Virus record (IMG/VR): IMGVR_UViG_2563366934_000004 | Length of the DNA stretch: 49,224 nt | Origin: a virus | Taxonomy: Duplodnaviria > Heunggongvirae > Uroviricota > Caudoviricetes | Strand: one strand, 5' to 3' | Part shown: positions 11,701 to 21,600 of the stretch, piece by piece | Layout: each line of letters begins with the position of its first letter | How positions within the stretch are numbered: the stretch's first letter is position 1 | Position numbers and translations under genes: made by a program | Notes under the pieces: model-generated | Told to the model about the DNA's origin: nothing | The model's database searches: none | Seen by the model: only the letters and a program-made list of their open reading frames with translations

Positions 11701-12341
11701 TTGTCGGTGTACCTCTCTCGTTTGCTCAGTTGTTCAGGAATATGGTGCAGCAGCTCGCTGTCACCACAGTAAATGGCGGCATGATTCGGCACCGATGAAC
11801 CAAAACAGCACAGCAGCACATCGCCCGGCTGCGCCGCTGACAACGGCACCTGATACAGCCCTGTGGCCTCCAGATTATCCAGATAGAGATTCTGACCGTT
11901 ACGCCACCAGTCATCCTCGCGATGAAAATCCGGCATCTCAATCCCCGCCAGATGGTAAGCATCCCGGAACAGCGTGTAACAGTCCGTCACCCCGTGCTCA
12001 AAGCGCCGCCCGGAAAGATGTGGCACACAGCGGAACTTGTGAATCGCCCCCCGGCAAACCAGCCACCACGGCAAATCACTCTGCACCTGCAGCCGCCGGT
12101 CGGCCTCACTCAGCCAGGGCAGACCACCGGGGTGGCTGTGGACCAGCGCCACAATCTCACCCTGCATTTCTGTCTGCAGCCAGTCCTCCGGAGCCATCCG
12201 GAAATAATCCTCCGGCTCACCGGAGATATTCACGCAGGGAAAATATCTTTCCCCCTCCGGCGTTCTCACCACGAAGCCGCACGACTCCGCTGGCGCACAT
12301 CGCCGGGCGTGCGCCAGAATCGCTGATTCTGTCTGTGTCAT
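11598..12341 (-). CDS. K: Tail assembly protein K (NlpC/P60 + MPN-like domains)
   Basis: ATG 12339-12341; MTQTESAILAHARRCAPAESCGF... matches recalled lambda K; 3' end overlaps I. Confidence 0.8.
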   Translation of the reverse strand: MTQTESAILAHARRCAPAESCGFVVRTPEGERYFPCVNISGEPEDYFRMAPEDWLQTEMQGEIVALVHSHPGGLPWLSEADRRLQVQSDLPWWLVCRGAIHKFRCVPHLSGRRFEHGVTDCYTLFRDAYHLAGIEMPDFHREDDWWRNGQNLYLDNLEATGLYQVPLSAAQPGDVLLCCFGSSVPNHAAIYCGDSELLHHIPEQLSKRERYTDKWQRRTHSLWRHRAWHASAFTGIYNDLAAASTFE

Positions 12342-12346
12342 GGGAT

Positions 12347-13045
12347 TTACTGCGAAAGTTTGTTAATGGAAAGGAAGCTGCCAAAGTTGCCGACATTATT
12401 GCGAAACTTACAGCCACTCAGGCATTTGCTGCATTTATCCTTCGTGATATCGGACGTCGGCTGATCATATTCATCCGCGACCGCCGGACCGTGATAACCG
12501 CACTCATCACCGCGATAGGTCCAGGTGCAGGTGTTGGCCAGCATGATACGTCCCGGAAAAACGGCACCGTCCGTTTCCGTCGGCGTGGACAGTACAAAAG
12601 AGGCACTCACCGCGCTCAGTTCGCTGCACTGCTCGATGCGCCAGCGGCTGATCACCTCCTGCTCCGGATCGGCTTCGCTGTTTCCGTTGACGAAGTTCAC
12701 CGCATCCAGAAAGCGGGCGTAAACCTTACGCCGGACCACCGTTCCTCCGACCAGACTCTGCAGGTCTTCCGCCATCCCGGTGACCATGCCGTGCAGGTTA
12801 GAAACCGTCAGTGTCGGACGGGCAGCACTGCCCTTGCCGTTCAGTTCAAATCCCGTCCCCTGAATGGGATACGCCTGATACTGTCGCCCCTGCCAGGTGA
12901 CCGGCTCACCTTTTTCGTTCTGCTCATTACAGAAAAAATAACGTTCTCCACCGACCACTGTCAGATCGATTTCCCAGAGCACCACCTGGGCTGACTGAGT
13001 GAGGCGTGTCGTCTCATGATGTGTTTCCTGTGGAATATCCTGCAT
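12347..13045 (-). CDS. L: Minor tail protein L
   Basis: 232 aa, ATG 13043-13045; lambda L-like with C-terminal Cys cluster. Confidence 0.85.
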   Translation of the reverse strand: MQDIPQETHHETTRLTQSAQVVLWEIDLTVVGGERYFFCNEQNEKGEPVTWQGRQYQAYPIQGTGFELNGKGSAARPTLTVSNLHGMVTGMAEDLQSLVGGTVVRRKVYARFLDAVNFVNGNSEADPEQEVISRWRIEQCSELSAVSASFVLSTPTETDGAVFPGRIMLANTCTWTYRGDECGYHGPAVADEYDQPTSDITKDKCSKCLSGCKFRNNVGNFGSFLSINKLSQ

Positions 13046-13054
13046 CAGAGACTC

Positions 13055-13384
13055 CTATGCCACGACCTGTTCAAAATCTGCCGTTATGGTTACCCACAAC
13101 GCCCCCACGCTTGCCGACCATTTACGACAAACCACCCTGATCGGCTTCCAGTCATAAGGTGGCGTCCACTGAAATGCGCGGACGCCACCGTGCCGTTCCA
13201 GAAAGGCTTTTAAAGATGGGTGTTCACATTTACGAACACGTATCGTCACGCTGTAAGTCGACAACTGGTTATTCAGTCCCGCCGCACGACGCTGTTCATA
13301 ACCATCGCCCAGCTTCACTGTCACCACTTTCGGCTCTGATACCACATTCATATCCGGGCGCACTTTCCAGTGAAACGTCTCCAT
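13055..13384 (-). CDS. M: Minor tail protein M
   Basis: 109 aa; start overlaps H stop; lambda gene order. Confidence 0.8.
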   Translation of the reverse strand: METFHWKVRPDMNVVSEPKVVTVKLGDGYEQRRAAGLNNQLSTYSVTIRVRKCEHPSLKAFLERHGGVRAFQWTPPYDWKPIRVVCRKWSASVGALWVTITADFEQVVA

Positions 13385-16300
13385 TACCGATATGCTCCAC
13401 TTAACCGACCACCATCACGGGCCTGCTGTTGCATAAAGTCCGCTGCCGCTTTTTTCCCAAGGTCATAAACCACCTTCAGGGCAGCCGGACCTATCTGCCC
13501 GTTCGTGCCATCGTTATTGATCTCGATGTTGTACTGCGGGGCAAACATCGCCATACCTGAACCACCAATATCCGCCACAACCCCCAGCTTACCGTCAGCA
13601 CCACGACGCAGTGGCAGAATGGCTTCAGGTCCAGCTTCCCCCATCACACCCGCGCCTTTTGCAAAAGCAAAAAACGTCGGACGGTTAACCACCGTGCCAC
13701 TGTAACGACTCAAATCAGCAGACTGATAAATCCCCCCATTGGCATTCAGGGAAAGGCTGCTGAGATCAAATCCCAGTACACTGCCAATCCCTTTTATCGA
13801 TTTCATCATGGTTGCCTGCGCCAGGATTTTCGCCATATCTGACAGCACCGAAGAGGTGAAGGATTTGAAGTTGAGTTTGCCGGTAGTGACAAAAGTTGCC
13901 AGGCCATTTCCCATGTTGCTGAAGGCTGACGAGAACACCTGTTCTGCTGTTCCTGCCGTATTGTCTGCATCCACGGTAAAATCCTGAAATGCACGCAGGA
14001 CTCCGTTTTTCCAGTTACCCTGCACAACTTCAAGCTGTTGCCAGTAACGGCGATTCTCATTCAGTTGTCGGTTCAGGCTCTCCGTCAGCGCCTGCTCGGC
14101 CTTTCTGTAGTCATCCGTGTTATATGTCCCTTTCTGCTCACTATCCCGCCTCAACTGCTCCAGCTGTTGCTGGTATTTCTGGCGAAGACTCAGTTGTACC
14201 TGATATCGCTGCCGCTGCTGATCACCCATACCCACCGTGGCGATATCCAGGTCATGTTGCTGACGCTGAGCGAGCTCTTCTTCAGCCAGTTGACTGGTCA
14301 GCTGAATTGTTTTTTTCTTCAGCTCGTTGAGTGCCGTCTGTTTCTGAAGCTCCTGCTGTTTTACATCCAGCAGCGTCAGTGCCTGAATCAGTTCATCTTT
14401 ACGGGCCAGCACACTCTTTTCATCTTCCGTCAGTTTTTTCCCGTCCAGGTCGCTGATGCGCTGCTGCAGAGCCAGAAGCTGTTTATGCGCTTCTGTCATC
14501 CTTTCCGTGGCAATGCCTGCTGACTGTCTGGCAGCAGCAATCTGTCCTTCCACCTGTGCCTGTTGCTGACTGTACTGCAGCAATAACCGGGTGGCCTCAT
14601 CATTACGGGTTTCGCGTGTTTTTTTCTTACCGGATGCCAGGGCTTTCTCGTAACGTTCATTTTCACGTTGTATCGCCGCATCCCTGACAGCCTGGTCGGC
14701 GTACTGCATGGCATTAATACGCGCAATTTCACGCTGATGTCGTGCTGCTTCCGTTTCATTCATCCGGTTCAGTGCAGCATTTTCAGCATTACGTCGTTTC
14801 TGTTGCTCCTGATAATTCCGCTCTGCCTGCTCTTTTGCATCCTGCAAATCCTTCTGGCGTTTTTTCTCCTGAAGATCGTTAAGACGCTGCTGATCGTATT
14901 CAACCTGAGAAGATGATGCCGTCCAGGGGAGTCTTTTCGCCCGCGACACTTTCTCCTGTAAAGCGGCAATCTGTTCATCCAGCGAGTCTTCACGACCAAT
15001 ATTCATGGCCGCATCCCAGAAACGACTCCACAAATCAGACAGATACTTCAGCGTACTGCCAAGCGCATTGAGGTTATTATCAATATCCGCAGTACGCCGA
15101 CCGGTTTCCTCTGCCAGTGCAGACATGGCTATCCGTGCAGCATCACTGGACCGTCCCTGATCCCCAAGGACACGTATCTGCTCAAGCTGAGTGGCAGTAA
15201 GAAAATGCAGCTCATTGTCCAGAGCCTTCGCGGCATTTACAGGATCATCCTTCAGCCGCTTAAACTGATTTATGGTATCGCTGACCGACTGGCCAACCGA
15301 TCGCTCCATCTGTGCGGCAGCTCTCGCCACCATACCGATATCGTTTCCACGAAATGCACCACTCCCCACCACCTGAGCCAGCGCACCGGCTGCAGCATGT
15401 TGCGTGATACCATTCCCGGAAATAGCACGACTAAGCGTCCACAGCTGCCCGGCAGTGACTCCGGCATAATGCCCCGTCAGCGACAACTGGCGGTTAAATT
15501 CTTCCCCCTCCTTCTGACCGTCATACCAGGCTTTACCCAGACCATAGACGGCCGCGGCAATACCGCCAATAACCCCGCCCAGCATCATGCCTTTCGGTGA
15601 CATCAGTGTGTCTATCCATCCGGCACGGTTAGCCAGCGTTATCCCGGATCCCCTCAGCGCACCTAAATTGCCGCGAGCCAGTTCACCTATCAGAACGCCT
15701 ATCTCCTGGCGGGCCGCTGCACTTTTCAGCCCCAGCGAATGCGTGGCTTTTCCTGCCTGCTCCATTTTGCGGATATACACTTCTGCAGCACTACTTACCC
15801 CCAGCTGGGCAGCCTTAGCACGAAGCAACTCAGAAGAAGAAAGATTCTGGCGGGTTGCCTGCTCTTTAAGCTGACGGATAAACGCCACTTTCTGTCGGGT
15901 AGCCTCTTCCTCAGCCTGTGTAAGAACACGGGTTTTCGCCGTAACCTCAGAAATCAGCGCCAGATAATCCTGCTGACCAATCCCGCCACTGTTTCTGGCC
16001 TGTCGGATCTGCTGCTGAATACGCTGTAATTCCTGCAGCCCCGCACTGGCCTGTTTCACACTGTCAATCTGACGATAAAACGCAGCAGCCGCTTTATCCT
16101 GAGCCTCCGCCAGAGCCATGGCCTGCGCCTGTTCCTCGCGCATTTTCTGGCTCAGCGCCTCCATGCGCTGGCGGGTTTTCTCCACCTCGCGGGCCATGCG
16201 TTCATGAGCCTGTGCGTTCTTCTCCACCGTCTGCGCATGGACGGATGCGGCTGTTGCAGCCGAAGAAGCCGCCTGCGTTGTCTGCCGGGCGGCCTGAGTC

Positions 16301-16449
16301 TGACGCTCCATAAAACGCTGCATACGGGCAGACGACCGTTCTGCATCGCTGGCGGCACCATTCAGAAGGTTTTTGATACGGGGAATTTCATTTTTAAACT
16401 CTGCCGCATCAATCCCCAAATCAATGACCAGGTTGGCTATCTGGTCCAT
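13384..16449 (-). CDS. H: Tail tape measure protein H
   Basis: About 1020 aa from ATG 16447-16449 (MDQIANLVIDL, GGAGGTG RBS); coiled-coil-rich; C-terminus INNDGTNGQIGPAALK...DGG matches lambda H. Confidence 0.85.
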   Translation of the reverse strand: MDQIANLVIDLGIDAAEFKNEIPRIKNLLNGAASDAERSSARMQRFMERQTQAARQTTQAASSAATAASVHAQTVEKNAQAHERMAREVEKTRQRMEALSQKMREEQAQAMALAEAQDKAAAAFYRQIDSVKQASAGLQELQRIQQQIRQARNSGGIGQQDYLALISEVTAKTRVLTQAEEEATRQKVAFIRQLKEQATRQNLSSSELLRAKAAQLGVSSAAEVYIRKMEQAGKATHSLGLKSAAARQEIGVLIGELARGNLGALRGSGITLANRAGWIDTLMSPKGMMLGGVIGGIAAAVYGLGKAWYDGQKEGEEFNRQLSLTGHYAGVTAGQLWTLSRAISGNGITQHAAAGALAQVVGSGAFRGNDIGMVARAAAQMERSVGQSVSDTINQFKRLKDDPVNAAKALDNELHFLTATQLEQIRVLGDQGRSSDAARIAMSALAEETGRRTADIDNNLNALGSTLKYLSDLWSRFWDAAMNIGREDSLDEQIAALQEKVSRAKRLPWTASSSQVEYDQQRLNDLQEKKRQKDLQDAKEQAERNYQEQQKRRNAENAALNRMNETEAARHQREIARINAMQYADQAVRDAAIQRENERYEKALASGKKKTRETRNDEATRLLLQYSQQQAQVEGQIAAARQSAGIATERMTEAHKQLLALQQRISDLDGKKLTEDEKSVLARKDELIQALTLLDVKQQELQKQTALNELKKKTIQLTSQLAEEELAQRQQHDLDIATVGMGDQQRQRYQVQLSLRQKYQQQLEQLRRDSEQKGTYNTDDYRKAEQALTESLNRQLNENRRYWQQLEVVQGNWKNGVLRAFQDFTVDADNTAGTAEQVFSSAFSNMGNGLATFVTTGKLNFKSFTSSVLSDMAKILAQATMMKSIKGIGSVLGFDLSSLSLNANGGIYQSADLSRYSGTVVNRPTFFAFAKGAGVMGEAGPEAILPLRRGADGKLGVVADIGGSGMAMFAPQYNIEINNDGTNGQIGPAALKVVYDLGKKAAADFMQQQARDGGRLSGAYR

Positions 16450-16750
16450 AACGCACACCTCCGGAAATACCTTCCCCAAGATGCATCAGTTCTTCGTCCG
16501 TTCGCTCCGGTATCCCGTTCTCTTCCGGTAAAAGGCTGAAATCAGCCACCGCAGCATCACTGCTGCCGGACACCATTCTCACGATCAATGCCTTCAGCGA
16601 GGCAAACTGCGCATCCATCCACACATCACTGAAGCTCTGCATCCGGAAATAATCGCCCCACTCACCAAGCTCAGTGGCCGACATTTCCGACAGCATCCGC
16701 CGCCAGTCTGCCCGCCGGAACTCCCGGGCAAGCCGCATGACAAACTGCAT
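16421..16750 (-). CDS. T: T segment of tail assembly chaperone G-T (reached by -1 frameshift from G)
   Basis: Open frame in -1 phase relative to G, overlapping the end of G and the start of H; standard lambdoid G/GT arrangement. Confidence 0.6.
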   Translation of the reverse strand: MQFVMRLAREFRRADWRRMLSEMSATELGEWGDYFRMQSFSDVWMDAQFASLKALIVRMVSGSSDAAVADFSLLPEENGIPERTDEELMHLGEGISGGVRYGPDSQPGH

Positions 16751-16758
16751 TTCCCGCG

Positions 16759-17148
16759 TCAGGACTTTTCCGGCGTCAGCGCCTCATGCTCATCATCCCC
16801 GGCATTATCAATGGCCCCCATACCGCTCAGCGACAGAACCATCTCCGCCCCCGCCCCCAGGGCATCATACGACCATGTTGTAATAACGGATGCGCAAAGC
16901 GTCTCTACATCCTTAGACTGATCCGCATTCCACAGTGAGCGGGAAACCAGCCAGGCATTGATATCCATCCCCATCCGCAGAAAAGCAATCTGTCGTTCAG
17001 CCTCCGGCAGTTCTCCCTCCCCGGCATCAAACTTTGCCGTTCGCTGCTGAACAAACGCCAGATATTCAATTCTCTGCAGCCCGGACAGCTCACTGAGCAC
17101 CACGGACTGTTTTTCATAATTAAACGTGTCCTGTTTCAGAAACATCAT
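16759..17148 (-). CDS. G: Tail assembly chaperone G
   Basis: 129 aa, ATG 17146-17148; acidic C-terminus; position between V and T/H. Confidence 0.8.
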   Translation of the reverse strand: MMFLKQDTFNYEKQSVVLSELSGLQRIEYLAFVQQRTAKFDAGEGELPEAERQIAFLRMGMDINAWLVSRSLWNADQSKDVETLCASVITTWSYDALGAGAEMVLSLSGMGAIDNAGDDEHEALTPEKS

Positions 17149-17164
17149 GTTCTACACCTGCAAA

Positions 17165-17190
17165 AAAGCCCCGGATAACCGGGGCAAATG
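17165..17190 (-). terminator. Terminator/attenuator hairpin after major tail gene V
   Basis: Minus strand GCCCCGG-TTAT-CCGGGGC followed by TTTTTT. Confidence 0.5.
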
Positions 17191-17205
17191 ATGAGTATCG
17201 TCCTG

Positions 17206-17949
17206 TTAACCTGCGGCGCTGACAGTCACCGCAGCCACAGCCACAAAATTCCCGTCAGCGGTCATGCCCACAATGCTGACACTGCCCTGCTTCACGCCTT
17301 TCACCGTGGCCACAAGCCCGTTCAGGGTCACCGTGGCAGTCTGTGGATCTGACGAATGCACACTGATCGCTTTGTCACTGGCTCCGTCAGGTTTTACTGT
17401 AAAGGTCAGCGTGGTGGTTGCTCCCACATTGACACTGGCAGATGCCGGTGCCACCGTCAGCCCGGTAACGCCCACGGTTTCAGTGCCCTCCTCTGCCAGA
17501 TACGGACGCCCCACACCGCTGATTTTCACGGTGCGGGTCATCACGTCTTTTGAGGCAATGGTTTTACCCAGTGAGCTCAGCCAGCCACGGAAAACATCAA
17601 CAGTACCGTTGGGATATTTGATACGAAACGCGCAGACTTCACCGGAGTCGAACAACTGAACCAGTTTTTTCTGTCCGCTGTCACCCGGACGCCAGGCCAG
17701 CGTCGCCGAAGTATCACCGACGGATTTCTGCCCCTGAGTTGTCGTTTTCCAGTCTGCATCTTCATCATCGAGATAAGTGTCATCTTCTGCATCAGCGGTC
17801 ATTTCGCCAGGTTGCAGATCCTTCACCATCGCAAGACGCAGCCAGTCAGTGTCCGATAAAGGGTTCGCAAACGCATCGCCCTTGCCGGTGTACATCCAGA
17901 ACGTCGTTCCCGCACCTTTCGTTTTTGCCAGTGGATTTGGTGTGGTCAT
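17206..17949 (-). CDS. V: Major tail protein V (with C-terminal Ig-like domain)
   Basis: 247 aa from ATG 17949 (MTTPNPLAKTKG) with AAGGAGGTGGTA RBS; the track ORF start at 18024 is an upstream alternative start. Confidence 0.85.
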   Translation of the reverse strand: MTTPNPLAKTKGAGTTFWMYTGKGDAFANPLSDTDWLRLAMVKDLQPGEMTADAEDDTYLDDEDADWKTTTQGQKSVGDTSATLAWRPGDSGQKKLVQLFDSGEVCAFRIKYPNGTVDVFRGWLSSLGKTIASKDVMTRTVKISGVGRPYLAEEGTETVGVTGLTVAPASASVNVGATTTLTFTVKPDGASDKAISVHSSDPQTATVTLNGLVATVKGVKQGSVSIVGMTADGNFVAVAAVTVSAAG

Positions 17950-17959
17950 TACCACCTCC

Positions 17960-18373
17960 TTAATTCGTGTACGTGATCTGGTACGTGATTTCCGCCATCG
18001 CCCAGGTGGCCATCTCATTATCACGTTGATAGTTAAAACCGAGTGGGATCAGGGTGTCGATGAGTCCGGAAAGTGCCGGTACATCATTCAGGGCCGGGAA
18101 AATGGTGCTCTCCATCCACATATCCAGCTCTGAATCCGGTGCCTGTGCCCGGATGAAGACAGCAATATGCAGAACAGCCTGCCAGTCATCTTCATCCGTC
18201 ATTTTTCCGGTGTACTGAGCATCACTCAGCCACACCGCCACGGCAGGCAGTTCCTGCGCATCAACAAATGCCGGAAGTCCGTCAAAAAACGTGGCGCTGT
18301 CTCCACACTGTTCCTGAAGGCGTGCCAGTACGACCTGGCGTATTTGTGTATGTCGGTTCATCGGGTCAGCCAT
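17960..18373 (-). CDS. U: Minor tail protein U (tail terminator)
   Basis: 137 aa, ATG 18371-18373; lambda U-like, position Z-U-V. Confidence 0.85.
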   Translation of the reverse strand: MADPMNRHTQIRQVVLARLQEQCGDSATFFDGLPAFVDAQELPAVAVWLSDAQYTGKMTDEDDWQAVLHIAVFIRAQAPDSELDMWMESTIFPALNDVPALSGLIDTLIPLGFNYQRDNEMATWAMAEITYQITYTN

Positions 18374-18936
18374 AATCTCAGTTGTTGTTTCAGTGCATAC
18401 CCCAGCTGTTTCGGCATTTCCGCAGCAATGATGCGGTCGCGGGCATCTTCAAATGCCTGTGTCAGCGGTCCGGACAGCGGGATTTTCACCACATCAATGG
18501 GGTAACGATTTTTGCCATCAATACGCCGCATCACATGCCAGCGACCATTCGCCAGTTGCTGAATAAACGCATCCCGGAAAAGATATTTACCCACCTTCAG
18601 CACACTGCCACGGTACTGCAGTTTTCCACCACGCCGGGCCAGTCTGACCCGGGCTGTCCCCAGCTTAATGGCGGGCAGATTGCCCCGGTTAACGCGGATC
18701 CTGGCCGTCATTTTTCCTGACGGACTGGCTTTAAACACCCGGACACGCTGACGTACCAGTTTCAGGGGGATCCCTTTCACCTGGTTATCTCCCGCAACGG
18801 TATTCCCGGCAACCTGCCGGGTGGCAACCGAGACCGCTTTCTGTGCCACACGGTTTATCGCCCATGCGCTGGCCTGTGGCACCATATGGGTATCAAGGCT
18901 GTTCAGATTGCGGATGGCATTCTCAAGCCCCTTCAT
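18358..18936 (-). CDS. Z: Tail completion protein Z
   Basis: 192 aa, ATG 18934-18936; gpZ-like; overlaps U start. Confidence 0.75.
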   Translation of the reverse strand: MKGLENAIRNLNSLDTHMVPQASAWAINRVAQKAVSVATRQVAGNTVAGDNQVKGIPLKLVRQRVRVFKASPSGKMTARIRVNRGNLPAIKLGTARVRLARRGGKLQYRGSVLKVGKYLFRDAFIQQLANGRWHVMRRIDGKNRYPIDVVKIPLSGPLTQAFEDARDRIIAAEMPKQLGYALKQQLRLWLTR

Positions 18937-18947
18937 CCCACACCTCT

Positions 18948-19223
18948 TTACTCAATAAAGATCATTGGCTTACCGTTAAAACGTTCATGCCGTGTGACCG
19001 TCCATTGTTGTCCGTCATAAACAACGCGATCCCCGCGCCGTGGGCGGTATCCCGAAGAAAACACCACCAGAGAGACCGCAGGTCCGGACAGAGCATTCAG
19101 CTCTGCCAGTGTTTCTCCCGGGATCACAGTCATATCGACATCATTAATCGAGGCTGTCTTTCCCATCTTTCTGACCGTGATAGCATCCATACGCGCTGCC
19201 AGCCGGGAAAAGGGATCAGACAT
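18948..19223 (-). CDS. Head-tail attachment protein (FII-like)
   Basis: 91 aa; RRGDRVVYDGQQWTV motif resembles lambda FII RRGDTLTI...W.V; position upstream of Z. Confidence 0.65.
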   Translation of the reverse strand: MSDPFSRLAARMDAITVRKMGKTASINDVDMTVIPGETLAELNALSGPAVSLVVFSSGYRPRRGDRVVYDGQQWTVTRHERFNGKPMIFIE

Positions 19224-19539
19224 TGAGTTTTACCGGCACTTCTTCTGCACTGGTTCCGGCATCTGCCCAGACAACCCCGACCAGCGGATCAGAGCCGCTG
19301 TTAGTCAGCTGAACTTTTCCGGACTTCAGATAAACCTTCTTACCCGTTTTCATGTCATCCGTTTTCAGCTTAGGCAGCATAAACACACCTTCGGTCATGC
19401 CGTCGCCTGTTTCACCCTGTGGAATATTGGTCAGCGCCACCGCAAAAACATCACCCACCTGCACCAGATCTCCGCTGCTGATGGCTGCACTGGCAACAAT
19501 CGCCACCGTTTTTCCTTCTTCTACAAAATTCTTTGCCAT
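19216..19539 (-). CDS. Small head-associated protein (DUF2190-like, possible decoration protein)
   Basis: 107 aa from ATG 19537-19539 (MAKNFVEEGK, GGAG RBS); immediately downstream of capsid gene. Confidence 0.5.
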   Translation of the reverse strand: MAKNFVEEGKTVAIVASAAISSGDLVQVGDVFAVALTNIPQGETGDGMTEGVFMLPKLKTDDMKTGKKVYLKSGKVQLTNSGSDPLVGVVWADAGTSAEEVPVKLNV

Positions 19540-19585
19540 AACTGTCTCCGCACAGCCCCGTTCAGGGGCTGATTTCAGGTACAAA

Positions 19586-19612
19586 AAAAGCCCTTACGGG
19601 CCATCAGAGTTG
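19586..19612 (-). terminator. Hairpin with U-tract after capsid gene
   Basis: Minus strand GGCCC-GTAA-GGGC followed by TTTTTTT, between capsid stop and next gene. Confidence 0.5.
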
Positions 19613-19625
19613 TTGTCTGCGACGT

Positions 19626-21587
19626 TTACGCCGTACATTTCACCAGACCGCGGTGATCAACTGGCGCGACACCGGCGTCAATACGCACTTTCGTTGTCAC
19701 GCCATCCACACTGAAGCCCTCCATCTGATCAATATATGGCGTATCCACACCGTTGAGATAAGCCACTTCAATCGTATCGGAGCCTTTTGACGCAGCCAGG
19801 TAGAAGGTGGTCTGGCTGTTATCATCAAGACGAGGCTCTGCAATAACGGTCGCAAAATCTTTCACCGGGTTAATAATACCGGCGTTAATGTCAGCCCCCT
19901 TGACACTTGAGGAGCGAATGACCTGGTTAGCAACAGACTCCATCGCCGTCGGTACCAGTACGAACGCAGGACGAATATTCAGATGACGCTCCCCCTCTTT
20001 CTGAACGCGCATCAACTGGCGGGCTTTATCCAGCGATGCCACGTCCATTGCAGCGCTCTCCAGTACGTTTGCATGTTTCGCTTTATCGAACAGACTTACA
20101 TTATCTGTGGAGATTTTCGGGTTAGACGTCAGAATGGCATAAACCAGATCGGCAATAGTGGATTTCGCCGCACGGCCCAGTTTCATCGGGACATCGGTCA
20201 GCATATTCAGATCATCATTGATAATGGCCTGACGGGTGATACTGAACAGCTCGCCATAGGTCGCCAGTGCAATAGTGGCCTGTTTATCTCCGGTGGTGAC
20301 GTATTTATATTCCGCCCCTTCACGCACCTGACGCAGAGCACTGAAGCCCCCCATACCCACACGATGGGCAATTTTAAAATCAGACAACTGACCTTTCCGC
20401 GTCCACTGTTCATAGGTTTCAGGGGCATCTTCCCAGCCCTGCAGAATGGCTTTGTTCGCAACATCCAGCAGAATATTACCGAAGTCAGACGTACTGTGTG
20501 TGAACGCCGCACCGACCATCTGCATCGGGTTATAACTGGAAACCCCAATACCCCGTTCAGTCAGTGACATACGGGCATATTCACGCAGGGTCATCCCGTT
20601 GTAGACATTATCACGTTCGGTTTTTTCAAATCCGGCACGCGCCATCAGCGCCTGGCGGATCCCGTCCCCCACAAAATTACCGTTACCGGCATAAATATGA
20701 GCCGGGGTATTTTTATTGGATGGCGTGGACTCGTGCCCCATCTCGTTCAACAGCTTTTCGCGGGCCTGCTCCAGCGAACATTCAGGATCGGCAAGACACT
20801 GAGCCTGCAGCGACTGATAACGCCCGCCAAACATGGCAAACAGATCATTAATACCGTTTACACGCGCTTTTTGCTCTGCCAGGACCTGCGCACGGATGCT
20901 GTTTTCATCCACCACGGGTGCTGCTGCTGCCTGCACTGGCGTCCGGGAGGCTGCAGGTTCATCATCCTGTACGCGTGGAGCACTGTTGCGTGGCGGAGTA
21001 ATCATGTTTCGAATGGATTCCGGCATCTTTTTAAATTCCTCTGTACGTTTTGACTGAATACATGCCATTGCCTTAACGGCTGGCGTTACCTGATCAGCAA
21101 ATCCATGTGCCAGACATTCGGCACCGGACATCCAGGTCTCATCCACCAGCATGGCAGCAATTTCATCGGTGGTTTTCCCGGTTTTCTGTGCATAAGCGGG
21201 TAACAGAACCGCCTCAACCTTATCGAGCAGGTCGGCATAGGTGCGCATGTCCTCCGCATCACCGCCCGTAAAGCCAAATGGTTTATGAATCATCATGAAG
21301 GTGTTTTCCGGCATAATGACCGGGTTTCCCACCATCGCAATGACCGACGCCATTGACGCCGCCACACCGTCGACATAAACGGTAATGGACGCACCATGTG
21401 TTTTCAGCGCATTAAAAATGGCGATGCCTTCAAAGACATCGCCACCCGGTGAATTAATATGGAGATTAATGTGGGTGATATCGCCCAGTGCATTCAGATC
21501 ACTGATAAACTGCTTCGCTGTAACACCCCAGAAACCAATCTCGTCATAAATATAAATATCCGCGTCACTCTGGTGACCAGCCTGCAT
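19626..21587 (-). CDS. Prohead protease (ClpP/S49-like) fused to HK97-fold major capsid protein
   Basis: 653 aa from ATG 21585-21587 (MQAGHQSDADIYIYDEIG...). N-terminal ClpP-like region (HINSPGGDVFEGIAIFNAL...MMIHKPFG); C-terminal capsid-like region. The track ORF extends 5' over the portal 3' end. Confidence 0.8.
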   Translation of the reverse strand: MQAGHQSDADIYIYDEIGFWGVTAKQFISDLNALGDITHINLHINSPGGDVFEGIAIFNALKTHGASITVYVDGVAASMASVIAMVGNPVIMPENTFMMIHKPFGFTGGDAEDMRTYADLLDKVEAVLLPAYAQKTGKTTDEIAAMLVDETWMSGAECLAHGFADQVTPAVKAMACIQSKRTEEFKKMPESIRNMITPPRNSAPRVQDDEPAASRTPVQAAAAPVVDENSIRAQVLAEQKARVNGINDLFAMFGGRYQSLQAQCLADPECSLEQAREKLLNEMGHESTPSNKNTPAHIYAGNGNFVGDGIRQALMARAGFEKTERDNVYNGMTLREYARMSLTERGIGVSSYNPMQMVGAAFTHSTSDFGNILLDVANKAILQGWEDAPETYEQWTRKGQLSDFKIAHRVGMGGFSALRQVREGAEYKYVTTGDKQATIALATYGELFSITRQAIINDDLNMLTDVPMKLGRAAKSTIADLVYAILTSNPKISTDNVSLFDKAKHANVLESAAMDVASLDKARQLMRVQKEGERHLNIRPAFVLVPTAMESVANQVIRSSSVKGADINAGIINPVKDFATVIAEPRLDDNSQTTFYLAASKGSDTIEVAYLNGVDTPYIDQMEGFSVDGVTTKVRIDAGVAPVDHRGLVKCTA

Positions 21588-21600
21588 CCTGAACCAGGAA

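Noticed and set aside
11651-12994. 447-aa plus-strand ORF antisense to K and L
   Set aside because: Pro/Arg/Ala-rich shadow ORF overlapping two well-supported tail genes.
14038-14523. 161-aa plus-strand ORF and other ORFs antisense to tape-measure gene H
   Set aside because: Leu/Gln-rich mirror of the coiled-coil coding strand; typical antisense artefact.
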